Shown one piece after another: positions 46,307-56,794 of a stretch of 64,000 nucleotides of DNA (positions are counted from its first letter, which is position 1; the number at the start of each line of letters is the position of its first letter). This stretch comes from Clostridia bacterium. GTDB taxonomy: Bacteria > Bacillota > Clostridia > Christensenellales > QALW01. A model generated the notes under the pieces. That model was not told where the DNA came from. It saw nothing but the letters and a program-made list of their open reading frames with translations, and did not search any database. A program made the translations under genes and the position numbers. The DNA lies in NCBI GenBank assembly GCA_045541035.1, contig JAZQII010000057.1, positions 708 through 64,707 of the forward strand, read 5' to 3'.

Positions 46307-47734
46307 TTATTGTACATACATTACTCCGGCGCTTTGATATAAGGCGTAATAAATGATAAGCGAAAGCAACACAAATACTGCACTGCCCCAGAATCGCCAT
46401 GAGATAGGTTCAAGAGTCTTGCCCTTAAACTTATTCTTTATAGTGGTTACTGTTTCATTAAGATAAGGCGATACGGCAAACACACCGTAAATAAAGCATC
46501 TTGCCGTAAAGAAATATCTGTTTTCAACATGGCCAAAGGATGGTACAAGTGCAGAAAACAACAGTCCCAGATAAATCGCCATATCTACGGAAATTATATC
46601 CTTATACTTTACAAAGCGTGCTTTAAATCTGTCGTAAAGAGAATATACTATCACCGCCATGCTCACGATCATTACCGAAGGATATCTTACCGTTTTAGCA
46701 ATTAAGTTTTGCGGGTCGTTCATTATACCAAGGAACAACCGTTCACTCCAGCGCACAAGAAATCTTATGGGATGATGCAAAATCAGGTTTATGTAATCAC
46801 CGTAACTTAATATTGCTCCACCGGCCTTCACTTGTTCAAGCTGTTCAGCGTTAAGGAAGCCCATACTCAGATTATCGGGTACTTGGGAAGGATACGTAAT
46901 ATGTAAAAGATTCTGTGATAATCCGTTTATTATCCAGTCTCCGCCGCTCGGTATCCATTCTCCCGCCGCCTTTGCAGGAGCAACGACTGTTGCCATATAG
47001 ATCTGATTGGGAAGTTTTGCAATATAATAGCAAGCAAAGATAATTAACAAAGAACAGGCTAACGGGACATATTTTTTGATCTGCCTGAAGCCATGCTTCT
47101 TAAAGTGCTTATAGATAGTATTTATAACAAGTGCAATTGCCACGATTACGGTAGAAATTGCGAACTGACCGCTTAAGCACATATTCAAGCCAAACCAAAT
47201 TCCAAACCAAACAAAATCGGCAATCTTTTTTTCTTCGCTTTTTGCTATTTTCATAGCGCTGTTGCAAAGGGCAAAGAACATGGCGCAACTCATCATATCA
47301 ACGCTGACTATAAAAATAATATTGCTTTCAAAAAAGATCAAAAGTGCAGCAAGAAGATACCTTTGCCATACAGACACTTTTTCGTTTTTGTGAATATAGT
47401 CTACAAGTTTTGGAATTCCGTATGCGGCAACGTAGCCAAAGCACAAAGCGTTAAACAATTTAAAAATCAAAACTTGGGGAATGTTCAAAAGGCCCGATAT
47501 AAATATATCCAGCACACAAGGTAAAAAGGCATATACGCCTTTATACATAACGTAAGAATAATATTTATCTTCACTGAAAAACGTTTCTGCAACCTTCCAC
47601 GTTTCCTGAGCATCGCCTGATATAGCCAGCAAGTCAATGGAATACGTCATCAAAAACATGATGATCGTCGTTAAGAAAAAAATAAACACTTTTGAACTGA
47701 TTACTTTTTTTATAACTTCTAATGCTTTTTTCAT
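46307..47734 (-). CDS. polytopic membrane protein (possible glycan polymerase / membrane glycosyltransferase)
   Basis: More than 10 hydrophobic segments. It is divergent from the glycosyltransferase cluster. No motif recognised. Confidence 0.4.
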   Translation of the reverse strand: MKKALEVIKKVISSKVFIFFLTTIIMFLMTYSIDLLAISGDAQETWKVAETFFSEDKYYSYVMYKGVYAFLPCVLDIFISGLLNIPQVLIFKLFNALCFGYVAAYGIPKLVDYIHKNEKVSVWQRYLLAALLIFFESNIIFIVSVDMMSCAMFFALCNSAMKIAKSEEKKIADFVWFGIWFGLNMCLSGQFAISTVIVAIALVINTIYKHFKKHGFRQIKKYVPLACSLLIIFACYYIAKLPNQIYMATVVAPAKAAGEWIPSGGDWIINGLSQNLLHITYPSQVPDNLSMGFLNAEQLEQVKAGGAILSYGDYINLILHHPIRFLVRWSERLFLGIMNDPQNLIAKTVRYPSVMIVSMAVIVYSLYDRFKARFVKYKDIISVDMAIYLGLLFSALVPSFGHVENRYFFTARCFIYGVFAVSPYLNETVTTIKNKFKGKTLEPISWRFWGSAVFVLLSLIIYYALYQSAGVMYVQ

Positions 47735-47892
47735 TCTTTTTTCCTATCCTTGATTTTTTCTAAATTATATACCTGCCTTCCGTATTTGTCAAGGATATCG
47801 AAATATTTATAAGTTGACAATGACTTTGTTAAGTTGTATAATTTAATAAAATATTATAATGCGAAAATTATGCAATATTGAAGGAGTTAATA

Positions 47893-49032
47893 ATGCAGCC
47901 AAAGGTCAGCGTGCTTATTCCTGCTTATAATCACGAAAACTACATAGGTCTTGCCATTGAGAGCGTGCTTAACCAAACGTTTTGCGACTTTGAGCTTTTA
48001 ATTTCCGATGACTGCTCTCCCGATAACACAAAGGAGAAAATCAGCGGCTACGATGATAATCGTATAAAGACCGTTTTTTTTGATGAGAACCAGGGAACTG
48101 TTCCCTGCCTGAATCATTTGTTGAACATGGCACAAGGCGAATATATTGCCGTTTTAGGTTCAGATGATATTTGGGAAAAGGATAAATTAGAAAAGCAGTT
48201 GCAGGTGCTTGAAAGAGACCCTTCTCTTGCAGCTTGCTTCTCTTTTGCCCGTATAATCGGCAAAGATTCCGAAGAGATCAATGCCAGCAACGTTTTTAAC
48301 GTATCGATCTTCAAATACGATGCTCCTGATCGCGAAAAAATGCTTTGTGATTTTTTTGTCGGCGGCAACCGTTTATGCCATTCCAGCGCATTGATAAGGA
48401 CTTCCGTTCACAGAGAGATCGGCGAATATTTGCCTCAGTTACGCCAATTACACGATTTTGACTTATGGGTAAGAATTTTGCTGAAATATCCCGTTTATGT
48501 ATTAAACGAAGATCTTGTCGCTTACAGATTTATTGAAAGTGCCAACAACGTAAGCCATTCAAGTTTAGAAAACGATCTCCGCCTTTATAACGAAGCAAAA
48601 TTCGTTATAGAAAATATGTTTCACAATATTTCCGATGAAGATTTTATAAAGGGATTCGGTGATCTTTTTATCAACGTCAACGCTTCTTCACCGGAACAGA
48701 TAAAATGCGAAAAATTCTTTATTCTGTGGAATAAGAGTCTGTGGAATTCAACCGTAAAAACTCTTGGGCTTGACTTTTTAATGGAAAATCTTTCAAACAA
48801 GGCTTTTTGCCAATGCATGAAAAAAGATTACGGATATTCTCTTAAGGATCTATATGCTTTCACGAGCAATTTTGCATCAAACTACGATTCGGATATGTAT
48901 GAAAGTTTTCTTGCTTGCAGGGAAGAGAACAATGCTATGAAAGGTGAACTTGCAAGCATCTACGGTTCAAAGGCATGGAAGATAGCAAGTATAATAAAAA
49001 AAATCTACAATATTTTCAGGAGAAACCGTTAA
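47893..49032 (+). CDS. family 2 glycosyltransferase
   Basis: VSVLIPAYNHENYIGLAIESVLNQT...SDDCS.D and the GSDD motif. The ATG at 47893 follows GAAGGAG. Confidence 0.8.
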   Translation: MQPKVSVLIPAYNHENYIGLAIESVLNQTFCDFELLISDDCSPDNTKEKISGYDDNRIKTVFFDENQGTVPCLNHLLNMAQGEYIAVLGSDDIWEKDKLEKQLQVLERDPSLAACFSFARIIGKDSEEINASNVFNVSIFKYDAPDREKMLCDFFVGGNRLCHSSALIRTSVHREIGEYLPQLRQLHDFDLWVRILLKYPVYVLNEDLVAYRFIESANNVSHSSLENDLRLYNEAKFVIENMFHNISDEDFIKGFGDLFINVNASSPEQIKCEKFFILWNKSLWNSTVKTLGLDFLMENLSNKAFCQCMKKDYGYSLKDLYAFTSNFASNYDSDMYESFLACREENNAMKGELASIYGSKAWKIASIIKKIYNIFRRNR

Positions 49033-50201
49033 TGACAAAAGATCTTTTTACCGTTATTTTATTGCATTACAATCAGCCGCGTTACGTTTTAAGCGCCATT
49101 GATTCCGTTTTAAAACAAAATTATGATAATTTAGAGATCATTCTGGCTGACGATGCTTCATCAGATATTGATCTTGATATGATAAAAAATTATATCGAGG
49201 CAAACAAAAAAGATAACGTAACCTCCGTGCAGTATTGCATTAATGAAGTTAATCAGGGTACGGTTAAGACCATCAACCGTGCAGTAAAGGCTGCAAAGGG
49301 CAAATATATTTTATTTTTTGCCGCTGACGATGCTTTATATGATGAAAACGTCATTGCGAATTTTGAAAGATCCTTTGAAAAGGCCGATGAGAACGTTTAT
49401 ATGATCTCTTCTCAATGCCACATGATGGATATTGAAATGAAAGAAGAATTGGACCTTTTCGTAAGCCCCACAAAAGGAGCAAGTTTTAATAAGATGTCTT
49501 CTTCTGAACAGTACTACACGTTCTGTCTGACTTGCTTTCTTGCTATCGGCGCAACTGCGATGCGCAATGATATGTTTAAAAAATTCGGATATTTCAACGA
49601 ATCATATAAGTTTATAGAGGACTGGGCTTATTTCTTGCATCTCACCCGTTCCGGCGGACTTATCCGCTACGTTGATTTCAACGGTCTTCTTCACCGTGAC
49701 GGCGGCATCAGCCATTATGAAGAAAATGAAGTTTTACCCAAGCACGTTCTTCAGTATAAGCTTGATATGATCCATATTTTTGAAAATGAGATCATGCCGT
49801 ATTTCAAGAATTTCAAGACCAAAGAACGTTCTTTGATCTTCCAAAGATATTATTATGAAAAGAAAGCCTATTACGATGGCGGCGGAACCGAAAAAGTTTT
49901 ATCAAAATTCAAACTTTTCAAAATGTTTCCTTCTCACTTTATTCGCTGTATGTTACTTCCTTTTATGGAGAGTTGGGCACCCGTTATGGAATCAGCCAAA
50001 TTCACCTCATATTTAGTGATAATTTATTTTGGCTTTTCCATTGCTTCATTAAAATTCCTGACTTTACCGGTTTTAGACGTGTTGCTTCGCGTGCTTGAAT
50101 TTGGTATTATAATCAGCACTGTATTATTCTTGTTTATTCTTGTTTTATCATTCGGACTTAAATTTTTAAGAGCACTTAAGCGCTTTACAAAGAGGAGTTA
50201 A
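49032..50201 (+). CDS. family 2 glycosyltransferase with C-terminal membrane segments
   Basis: FTVILLHYNQPRYVLSAIDSVLKQNY...ADDASSD and AADD. The ATG overlaps the previous stop (TAATG). Confidence 0.8.
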   Translation: MTKDLFTVILLHYNQPRYVLSAIDSVLKQNYDNLEIILADDASSDIDLDMIKNYIEANKKDNVTSVQYCINEVNQGTVKTINRAVKAAKGKYILFFAADDALYDENVIANFERSFEKADENVYMISSQCHMMDIEMKEELDLFVSPTKGASFNKMSSSEQYYTFCLTCFLAIGATAMRNDMFKKFGYFNESYKFIEDWAYFLHLTRSGGLIRYVDFNGLLHRDGGISHYEENEVLPKHVLQYKLDMIHIFENEIMPYFKNFKTKERSLIFQRYYYEKKAYYDGGGTEKVLSKFKLFKMFPSHFIRCMLLPFMESWAPVMESAKFTSYLVIIYFGFSIASLKFLTLPVLDVLLRVLEFGIIISTVLFLFILVLSFGLKFLRALKRFTKRS

Positions 50202-50204
50202 TTT

Positions 50205-50630
50205 ATGTTTAATGTTGCCCATTACGAATTTGGAAGTTTTTTTGACGCCACATACGGAAGCCTGACTGCATTGGAAGCAGAACAAAGTTTTCCCTTCGGC
50301 GTCAAACGCGTTTACTATATTTATGATGTACCTGACGGTACTCGCAGAGGTTTCCATTCACACCGTAACCTTCATCAGATGCTTATATGTGTCAGCGGCA
50401 GTGTAAAAGTTCTTACAAAAACACCGTATGAAGAGGAAATAACCGAACTTTCAAGTCCTGACCAAGGGCTCTATATCGGGCCTATGGTTTGGCGTGAAAT
50501 GTATGATTTCACACCCGGTTCCGTTCTTCTTGTTCTTGCAAGTGAGCACTATACCGTCAGCGATTACATAAGAGATTACAATGAATACGAAAAAATCGCT
50601 GTGGATTTTTTCAAAAGCGAGGCGAAATAA
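50205..50630 (+). CDS. FdtA/WxcM-like dTDP-4-keto-6-deoxyhexose 3,4-ketoisomerase
   Basis: Cupin with [51 protein letters not shown]. Confidence 0.7.
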   Translation: MFNVAHYEFGSFFDATYGSLTALEAEQSFPFGVKRVYYIYDVPDGTRRGFHSHRNLHQMLICVSGSVKVLTKTPYEEEITELSSPDQGLYIGPMVWREMYDFTPGSVLLVLASEHYTVSDYIRDYNEYEKIAVDFFKSEAK

Positions 50631-50631
50631 T

Positions 50632-51720
50632 ATGAATATACCTTTTTCTACATTTGACAGAATGCATGCGGATATCCGTTCCGAAATGCTTGATAAATTT
50701 ACTGAAATATACGACCGCGGTTGGTTCATTCAAGGTCGTGAATACGATGCCTTTGAAAAAGAATTTGCCGCATATTGCGGTGCAAAACACTGCATCGGTG
50801 TAGGCAACGGTCTTGATGCAATCTATCTTGTGCTTCTTGCTTTAGGTATCGGTAAGGGTGATGAAGTTATTATTCCTTCCAACACCTTTATTGCTACCGC
50901 ACTTGCCGTTTCGTATGCAGGCGCAACGCCCGTACTTGTTGATCCTGATGAAGTTACATATAATATGTGCGGAAAAGGTCTTGAGGCCGCTTTAACCGAT
51001 AAAACAAAAGCCATCATTCCCGTTCATCTTTACGGTCAGGCCGCCGAAATGGACGAAATTATGGATTTTGCAAACAAAAACAACTTATTTGTTGTTGAAG
51101 ACTGTGCTCAGGCACACGGTGCATTATATAAAGGTCAAAAAGTCGGTACTTTCGGTGTTGCAGGTTGTTTCAGTTTCTATCCCGGCAAAAACCTTGGCGC
51201 TTTAGGTGACGGCGGTGCAGTTGTTTCAGATTCCGACGAAATTGCAGATAAAGTACGCGCCATTGCAAACTACGGCTCAAAGGAAAAATATAACCATATT
51301 TACATGGGTACAAACAGCCGTCTTGACGAAGTTCAGGCAGGTCTTTTAAGAATCAAACTTCAACATCTTGACGAATATAATGCTGATCGCAACCGCATCG
51401 CAAACAGATATCTTGAAAATATCAATAATCCCAAGATCAAACTTCCCGTTATCGGCAAAGACAGAACTCATATATGGCACATTTTTGCAATTATGACTTC
51501 ACAGCGCGATGAACTTGAAAAATATTTGATTGATAAGGGAATCGGTGTTACAAAGCACTATCCCATTGCAATCCCCGATCAAAAAGCGTACGAATCCCTT
51601 AATTTACCCCATATGCCCCTTGCATCAGAAATTGCCGCAACGGAATTATCATTACCTCTGTTTGTCGGCATGACAGATGAAGAAATCGACTTCGTTATTG
51701 ATGCCATCAACAAATTTTGA
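50632..51720 (+). CDS. DegT/DnrJ/EryC1/StrS-family PLP aminotransferase (FdtB/QdtB-like)
   Basis: [24 protein letters not shown]..., [16 protein letters not shown] (PLP Lys region). Confidence 0.8.
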   Translation: MNIPFSTFDRMHADIRSEMLDKFTEIYDRGWFIQGREYDAFEKEFAAYCGAKHCIGVGNGLDAIYLVLLALGIGKGDEVIIPSNTFIATALAVSYAGATPVLVDPDEVTYNMCGKGLEAALTDKTKAIIPVHLYGQAAEMDEIMDFANKNNLFVVEDCAQAHGALYKGQKVGTFGVAGCFSFYPGKNLGALGDGGAVVSDSDEIADKVRAIANYGSKEKYNHIYMGTNSRLDEVQAGLLRIKLQHLDEYNADRNRIANRYLENINNPKIKLPVIGKDRTHIWHIFAIMTSQRDELEKYLIDKGIGVTKHYPIAIPDQKAYESLNLPHMPLASEIAATELSLPLFVGMTDEEIDFVIDAINKF

Positions 51721-51728
51721 GGTGTATT

Positions 51729-52232
51729 ATGAAATTAAGAGAACCCCAATTAAAGGATAAAGAAAGAATGCTCGGTTGGATGAAAGATCCCCGCACAAAA
51801 GAGATTTTTGCCACCGATTTTGCAAGTTTTACAGATGAAAAGGTTGAAAATTTCATCAAAAATGCCAATAGCGATTCAAAAAACGTGAATTTCGTTTGCG
51901 TTGATGACGAGGATAAATATTTAGGCACGGTAAGCCTTAAAAACATTGATCCCGTTACAAAGAATGCCGAGTATGCAATTAGTTTTTGCTACGATGCACA
52001 AGGCACAGGCGCTTCCGCTTTTGCAACAAAGGAAATTTTAAAATACGCTTTTAACGTTTTAAACCTTGAGAGAGTTTACCTTAACGTTATTCCCCAAAAT
52101 ACACGAGCAAACAGTTTCTATAAAAAAATGGGCTTTGTTTTTGAGGGCGAATTCAGAAAACACATAATTGTAAACGGTCAATTCAGTAATCTTTGCTGGT
52201 ACAGCATTTTAAAAGACGAATTTAGTGAATAA
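51729..52232 (+). CDS. GNAT family N-acetyltransferase
   Basis: RimJ/RimL-like pattern (RVYLNVIPQNTRANSFYKKMGFVFEGEFR). The ATG follows GAGGTG. Confidence 0.7.
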   Translation: MKLREPQLKDKERMLGWMKDPRTKEIFATDFASFTDEKVENFIKNANSDSKNVNFVCVDDEDKYLGTVSLKNIDPVTKNAEYAISFCYDAQGTGASAFATKEILKYAFNVLNLERVYLNVIPQNTRANSFYKKMGFVFEGEFRKHIIVNGQFSNLCWYSILKDEFSE

Positions 52233-52237
52233 GCAAA

Positions 52238-52264
52238 AACCACGCGTAATTACTACGCGTGGTT
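52238..52264. terminator. bidirectional terminator hairpin
   Basis: AACCACGCGTA-attac-TACGCGTGGTT between convergent genes. Confidence 0.7.
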
Positions 52265-52271
52265 CTTTGTG

Positions 52272-53255
52272 CTATTTCCATGGATTATTTGGGTCGGGGT
52301 CAGTAGGATCCCAGCCACACCGAGGATCGGAAAGATCTATTTTTGGAACGGGTTCATAGGCGGGGCCCGTTTCGTCCTTTTCATAGATATATACGAAAGT
52401 ACCTTTGGCGCAATTATCATAAAGCCATTTTGCATCGCGAACCGCCATTCGGATACAGCCTTGAGATGCGGCAACGCCTAATTTATTAAATTCAGCACTC
52501 TTTAGTGCATCAGGTCTTTGGGCGGTGTACGGAACAGAGTGGAACAGATATGTTCCGTGGATTCTCGTTGCATATCTGCCAAAGGTTCCGCCAAACAACG
52601 AGCGCCACTGATATTTATCTGTAGTATAAAAACTTCCCGTAGGCGTGAAATCATCATCAGGTCCCGTTCCAACGGAACAGATAAACGCCTTAACAAGATC
52701 AGAATATTTGCCTTCCGAATCACGCTGAAAAACGTAGATTCGATTTGTGCGCAAATTTACTTTTATCACAAATTTTCCCGAATAACTTTTAGGAATATCA
52801 CCCGTTATACTGATTTCAGGAGTTGGGGTAATCTTTGGCGTAGGTGACGGAGTGGGTGTTGCTACGGGCGTTTCGGAAAGAAGATCCTTGCGGATATAGC
52901 CAAACTCCCCTTTTTCATAGCCAACGTAATACCAGCCGTCCTTTTCCCCATAACATTTAACAGTTGCATTCCTTGAAAAGGAAGTAAGAATTTCGCCTTT
53001 TGTTGAGGGAATATCTCTGACGTTTACGCCGTCACCGCCGACGTACATAAGCGTAAACTTATTTTCATCAAAGGGTGTGGGCGTCGGCGTGGGAACTTCC
53101 GTTGGCAAGGGTGTTGCCGTTTCCGTTACAGTTGCCGTTTCCGTTGGTTTTACGGAAATCGTAGGCAACGGTTCTTCCGCCTGAACACAACCTGCAAGAA
53201 AAAGTATTATTAAAATGTTTAGAACACATATTATACGCTTCATATTTTTCCTCAA
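52272..53255 (-). CDS. L,D-transpeptidase lipoprotein with SH3b-like domain
   Basis: Lipobox LFLAGC, PT linkers, an SH3-like segment (VNVRDIPSTKGEIL...GWYYV), and the YkuD catalytic motif HGTYLFHSVPY...SQGCIRM. Confidence 0.8.
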   Translation of the reverse strand: MRKNMKRIICVLNILIILFLAGCVQAEEPLPTISVKPTETATVTETATPLPTEVPTPTPTPFDENKFTLMYVGGDGVNVRDIPSTKGEILTSFSRNATVKCYGEKDGWYYVGYEKGEFGYIRKDLLSETPVATPTPSPTPKITPTPEISITGDIPKSYSGKFVIKVNLRTNRIYVFQRDSEGKYSDLVKAFICSVGTGPDDDFTPTGSFYTTDKYQWRSLFGGTFGRYATRIHGTYLFHSVPYTAQRPDALKSAEFNKLGVAASQGCIRMAVRDAKWLYDNCAKGTFVYIYEKDETGPAYEPVPKIDLSDPRCGWDPTDPDPNNPWK

Positions 53256-53352
53256 ATAAAGTTTTTATATAAGGAATTTTAGCATATCTTCAAAAATAAT
53301 GCAAGAAAATAAAACATCCTTTCCGTTAAAGAAAGGATGTTTACGTTTTTTA

Positions 53353-53712
53353 TTATTCTTCGCAACCGCAGGAGCAATGATGTTCTCCGGGGAATTCCAT
53401 ATCTTCCTCATCGAAATCTTCTTCATCACCGTGGCAGCCGTGGCATGAACAGCAATCACCGCTGCAACCGCCCTGATGCTCAAGTTTTTCCATAAGGAAA
53501 GGAGTGAGTTTTTCCATTTCGTCATCATCGGGCATATGGAATGAAAGCTCGCCATTCTTATCTTCCATGCGCATAACGTAGATTCCGCCGTCTTCTGCAT
53601 CGTGGGGTGTTGCAAGAAGTGCATAGTTCTTACCGTCGAACTCAAAATTATCGATCATGATAAGACCGATCTCATTACCTGCATCGTCCTGAAAATATAA
53701 AATATCTTCCAT
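53353..53712 (-). CDS. DUF1292-family protein with Cys/His-rich C-terminal tail
   Basis: DDAGNEIGLIMIDNFEFDGKNYALL core. The tail is GGCSGDCCSCHGCHGDEE...HHCSCGCEE. The ATG at 53712 follows GGAGGA. Confidence 0.65.
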   Translation of the reverse strand: MEDILYFQDDAGNEIGLIMIDNFEFDGKNYALLATPHDAEDGGIYVMRMEDKNGELSFHMPDDDEMEKLTPFLMEKLEHQGGCSGDCCSCHGCHGDEEDFDEEDMEFPGEHHCSCGCEE

Positions 53713-53851
53713 TTTTAATTCCTCCAATGTTTTTTTATATTATAACTTGTATTACTATTCTTGGCAAGTTAAATATTTTTCATTCTTTCTTCACTTGCTA
53801 AATACTTGATTTTAATATATAATAGTGTCAATACTAAAATGGGGTGTTTTT

Positions 53852-54877
53852 ATGAAATACGTTTCAATAGGCGGTCAGGCGGTTATGGAAGGGGTTATGA
53901 TGAAGTCATCAACCTCCCTTGTTATGTCCGTTCGCCGTGCTGACGGCACTATCGCTATAGAAAAAAGAAAATTAGAACAAAAGAAATGGCGCAAAGTAAT
54001 TGCTAAAATTCCCATCGTGCGCGGTGTTGTTGCTTTTGTTGAATCTTTAATTATGGGTATGAATTTAACAAGCCAATCTGCAGAAATGTACGGGGAAGAT
54101 CTTTTAGAAGGTGAAGAACCTTCAAAATTTGAAAAATGGCTTTCAAAAACCTTTAACATGAAACTTGAAACAGTTGCCATAATCCTTGGTATCGTTTTAG
54201 GTCTCGGTCTTTCATTTTTCCTGTTTATGTTTTTACCATCAACAGTTTCAACGCTTGTATGCAAAATCTTTTCGATAACAAAAGAAACTGCTACTGTGGG
54301 AACGAAACTTCTGTTAAACGTTATAGAAGGTCTTGTTAAAATTCTCATTTTCTTCGGATACCTTTTATCGGTTGGATTTATGAAAGATATTAAGCGTATT
54401 TTCATGTATCACGGTGCTGAACACAAAGTTATTTCATGCTACGAGCACGGCGATGAACTTACGGTGGAAAACGCAAGAAAATATTCAACCTCGCACCCAA
54501 GATGCGGAACTTCATTTATGTTTATCATTATGGTTGTCGGAATTCTTATTGCTTCTGTTGCAGATAATCTTTTCGGTCTTTCAACCGCAACCTTTGGTTC
54601 ATCACTTATCCGCCTTGCGGTAAAAATTCTTCTTCTGCCCCTTGTTGCAGGCACTTCCTACGAAATTTTAAAACTTTTAGCAATAAACAACAACATCGTT
54701 TTGCGCATTTTACGCGCACCGGGAATGCTTTTACAAAAACTTTCCACCCGTGAACCTGATGACAGCATGCTTGAAGTTTCCCTTACAAGTTTTAAGAACG
54801 TTCTTTACATGGACGGACTTATGGAAGAACCCAAAGAACCTGAAGAAGTTAAAGAAGAAACTGACGAGGAAGCATAA
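53852..54877 (+). CDS. DUF1385 (YqhQ-like) membrane protein
   Basis: MKYVSIGGQAVMEGVMM and the YHGAEHK motif. It sits in the conserved position upstream of prmC-prfA. Confidence 0.8.
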   Translation: MKYVSIGGQAVMEGVMMKSSTSLVMSVRRADGTIAIEKRKLEQKKWRKVIAKIPIVRGVVAFVESLIMGMNLTSQSAEMYGEDLLEGEEPSKFEKWLSKTFNMKLETVAIILGIVLGLGLSFFLFMFLPSTVSTLVCKIFSITKETATVGTKLLLNVIEGLVKILIFFGYLLSVGFMKDIKRIFMYHGAEHKVISCYEHGDELTVENARKYSTSHPRCGTSFMFIIMVVGILIASVADNLFGLSTATFGSSLIRLAVKILLLPLVAGTSYEILKLLAINNNIVLRILRAPGMLLQKLSTREPDDSMLEVSLTSFKNVLYMDGLMEEPKEPEEVKEETDEEA

Positions 54878-55705
54878 ATGACTGTAAAAGATGCCCTGAA
54901 AAAGGCTAAAGAGGAACTGAAAAACGTTCCCGACCGCGACGTTGATGCTTCGTGGATAGTCTGTGCCGTTTCGGGACTTACCAGAAATCAACTTCACTTT
55001 GATTCTGATAAGGTTTTATCCCAAAAGCAGGAACAGATTTTAGATAATATTTTATCGCGCAGAAAAACAAGAGAACCGCTTCAGCACATTTTCGGTTTTG
55101 TGCCCTTTTATAATATTGAATTAAAAACCGATAAACGTGCCCTTATTCCAAGAGACGAAACGGCAATTTTAGTTGAAAAGGCTCTTGAATTTATAAATGC
55201 AAAAAATTACAGATCCGTTCTTGATATAGGTACAGGCTCAGGCGCTATTGCCATCAGCATAAAAAAGAATGCTGACGTTTCCGTTTCTGCCGTCGATATA
55301 AGTGAAGATGCCCTTTCTTTGGCAAAAGAAAATGCAAAAATGAACGAAGCAGAAATCTCTTTTATCAAAAGTGATCTGTTTGAAAACGTTTCGGAAAAAT
55401 TTGACGTGATACTTTCAAATCCCCCTTATATTCCCACAAAGGATATTGAAAAACTTGAAAAAGAATTATCCTTTGAGCCTGAATGTGCTCTTGACGGCGG
55501 ATCTGACGGACTTGATTTTTATCGCGATATAATTCTCGAAGCAAAAGATCACTTAAACAAAAACGGTCTTTTAATGTTTGAGATCGGCTTTGACCAAGGC
55601 GATGCAGTAAGAACTCTTTTATCAAAAAGCGGTTTTACCGAAAACTTTCTTTTAAAAGATTATTCGGGACTTGACCGCATAGTTTATACGTTTTATGAGG
55701 ATTAA
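54878..55705 (+). CDS. prmC: peptide chain release factor N5-glutamine methyltransferase
   Basis: SAM motif [10 protein letters not shown] and the NPPY motif (ILSNPPYIP). Adjacent to prfA. Confidence 0.85.
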   Translation: MTVKDALKKAKEELKNVPDRDVDASWIVCAVSGLTRNQLHFDSDKVLSQKQEQILDNILSRRKTREPLQHIFGFVPFYNIELKTDKRALIPRDETAILVEKALEFINAKNYRSVLDIGTGSGAIAISIKKNADVSVSAVDISEDALSLAKENAKMNEAEISFIKSDLFENVSEKFDVILSNPPYIPTKDIEKLEKELSFEPECALDGGSDGLDFYRDIILEAKDHLNKNGLLMFEIGFDQGDAVRTLLSKSGFTENFLLKDYSGLDRIVYTFYED

Positions 55706-55707
55706 AT

Positions 55708-56775
55708 ATGTTAGAAAAACTTGAAGAAATGTCAATACGCTTTCAGGAATTAAATCAGAAATTATCTGAGCCTGACGTTATTGCTGACCGCGCCCAATGG
55801 CAGGAACTTGCAAAAGAACATTCCCGTCTTTCAGAAATAATGGAGAAATATGAAGAATATTCTGCCGTTTTAAAGGGCATTGAAGATGCTAACGAACTTA
55901 TCTCAATGGGCGATGAAGAAATGAAAGAACTTGCCCAAGCCGAACTTGAGGATTTAAACCCCCGTGAAGAAGTTTTAGAGCAGGAATTAAAGGAACTTCT
56001 TGCTCCCCGCGATCCTGATGATGATAAGAACGTTGTTCTTGAAATCCGCGCAGGCACGGGCGGTGAAGAAGCGGCACTTTTTGGCTCGGACTTATTGAAA
56101 ATGTACATGAAGTATGCCGAGAAAAAGGGTTGGAGTTTTGAGATCACAAGCCTTTCGGAAACAGAGATCGGCGGTGTTAAGGAAGCAGTTTGTCTTGTTT
56201 CGGGAAAAGAAGTTTTCCGCCACATGAAATATGAAAGCGGTGCTCACCGCGTACAGCGCGTTCCCGTTACCGAGTCAGGCGGAAGAATCCATACTTCTGC
56301 CGCAACCGTTGCAGTTCTTCCCGAGGCTGACGATATTGATATTACCATAAACCAGGAAGATCTTTTAATTGAAACTCACCGTTCATCAGGCGCAGGCGGT
56401 CAGCACGTAAACAAGACCGAATCTGCCGTAAGAATGGTCCATTTGCCTACGGGTATCGAAGTTGACTGTCAGGATGAGCGTTCACAGATCAAAAACCGCG
56501 AAAAGGCAATGAAAGTTTTAAAAAGCCGTGTATATGACTATTATAAGAGCATTGCCGACAAGGAATATAGCGGTATAAGAAAAAATCAGGTTGGCTCAGG
56601 TGACAGAAGCGAAAGAATCCGCACCTACAACTTCCCCCAAGGCAGAGTTACCGACCACCGCGTAGGCGTTACGCTTTATAAACTTGAATCTTTCCTTCAA
56701 GGTGATATTGACGAAATAGTTTCCGCACTTATCTTGGCAGGAAGCACAGGTGAGCTTGAAATAACCGAAGATTAA
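55708..56775 (+). CDS. prfA: peptide chain release factor 1
   Basis: GGQ motif [16 protein letters not shown] and a PxT-type decoding region ([10 protein letters not shown]). No frameshift site. Confidence 0.9.
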   Translation: MLEKLEEMSIRFQELNQKLSEPDVIADRAQWQELAKEHSRLSEIMEKYEEYSAVLKGIEDANELISMGDEEMKELAQAELEDLNPREEVLEQELKELLAPRDPDDDKNVVLEIRAGTGGEEAALFGSDLLKMYMKYAEKKGWSFEITSLSETEIGGVKEAVCLVSGKEVFRHMKYESGAHRVQRVPVTESGGRIHTSAATVAVLPEADDIDITINQEDLLIETHRSSGAGGQHVNKTESAVRMVHLPTGIEVDCQDERSQIKNREKAMKVLKSRVYDYYKSIADKEYSGIRKNQVGSGDRSERIRTYNFPQGRVTDHRVGVTLYKLESFLQGDIDEIVSALILAGSTGELEITED

Positions 56776-56794
56776 ATTCTTCATATTCTTACTT

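Noticed and set aside
53875-54405. Longer antisense ORFs opposite housekeeping genes (53875..54405 opposite DUF1385, 55755..56225 opposite prfA, 61450..61788 opposite hrcA, 53265..53645 overlapping DUF1292).
   Set aside because: The opposite-strand or alternative-frame genes have clear family signatures. These ORFs have no motifs or ribosome-binding sites.
55708-56775. Checked the release factor gene for a programmed +1 frameshift site.
   Set aside because: The gene is prfA (single uninterrupted frame, PxT-type decoding region), not prfB. No internal in-frame stop or SD-like slippery site is present.
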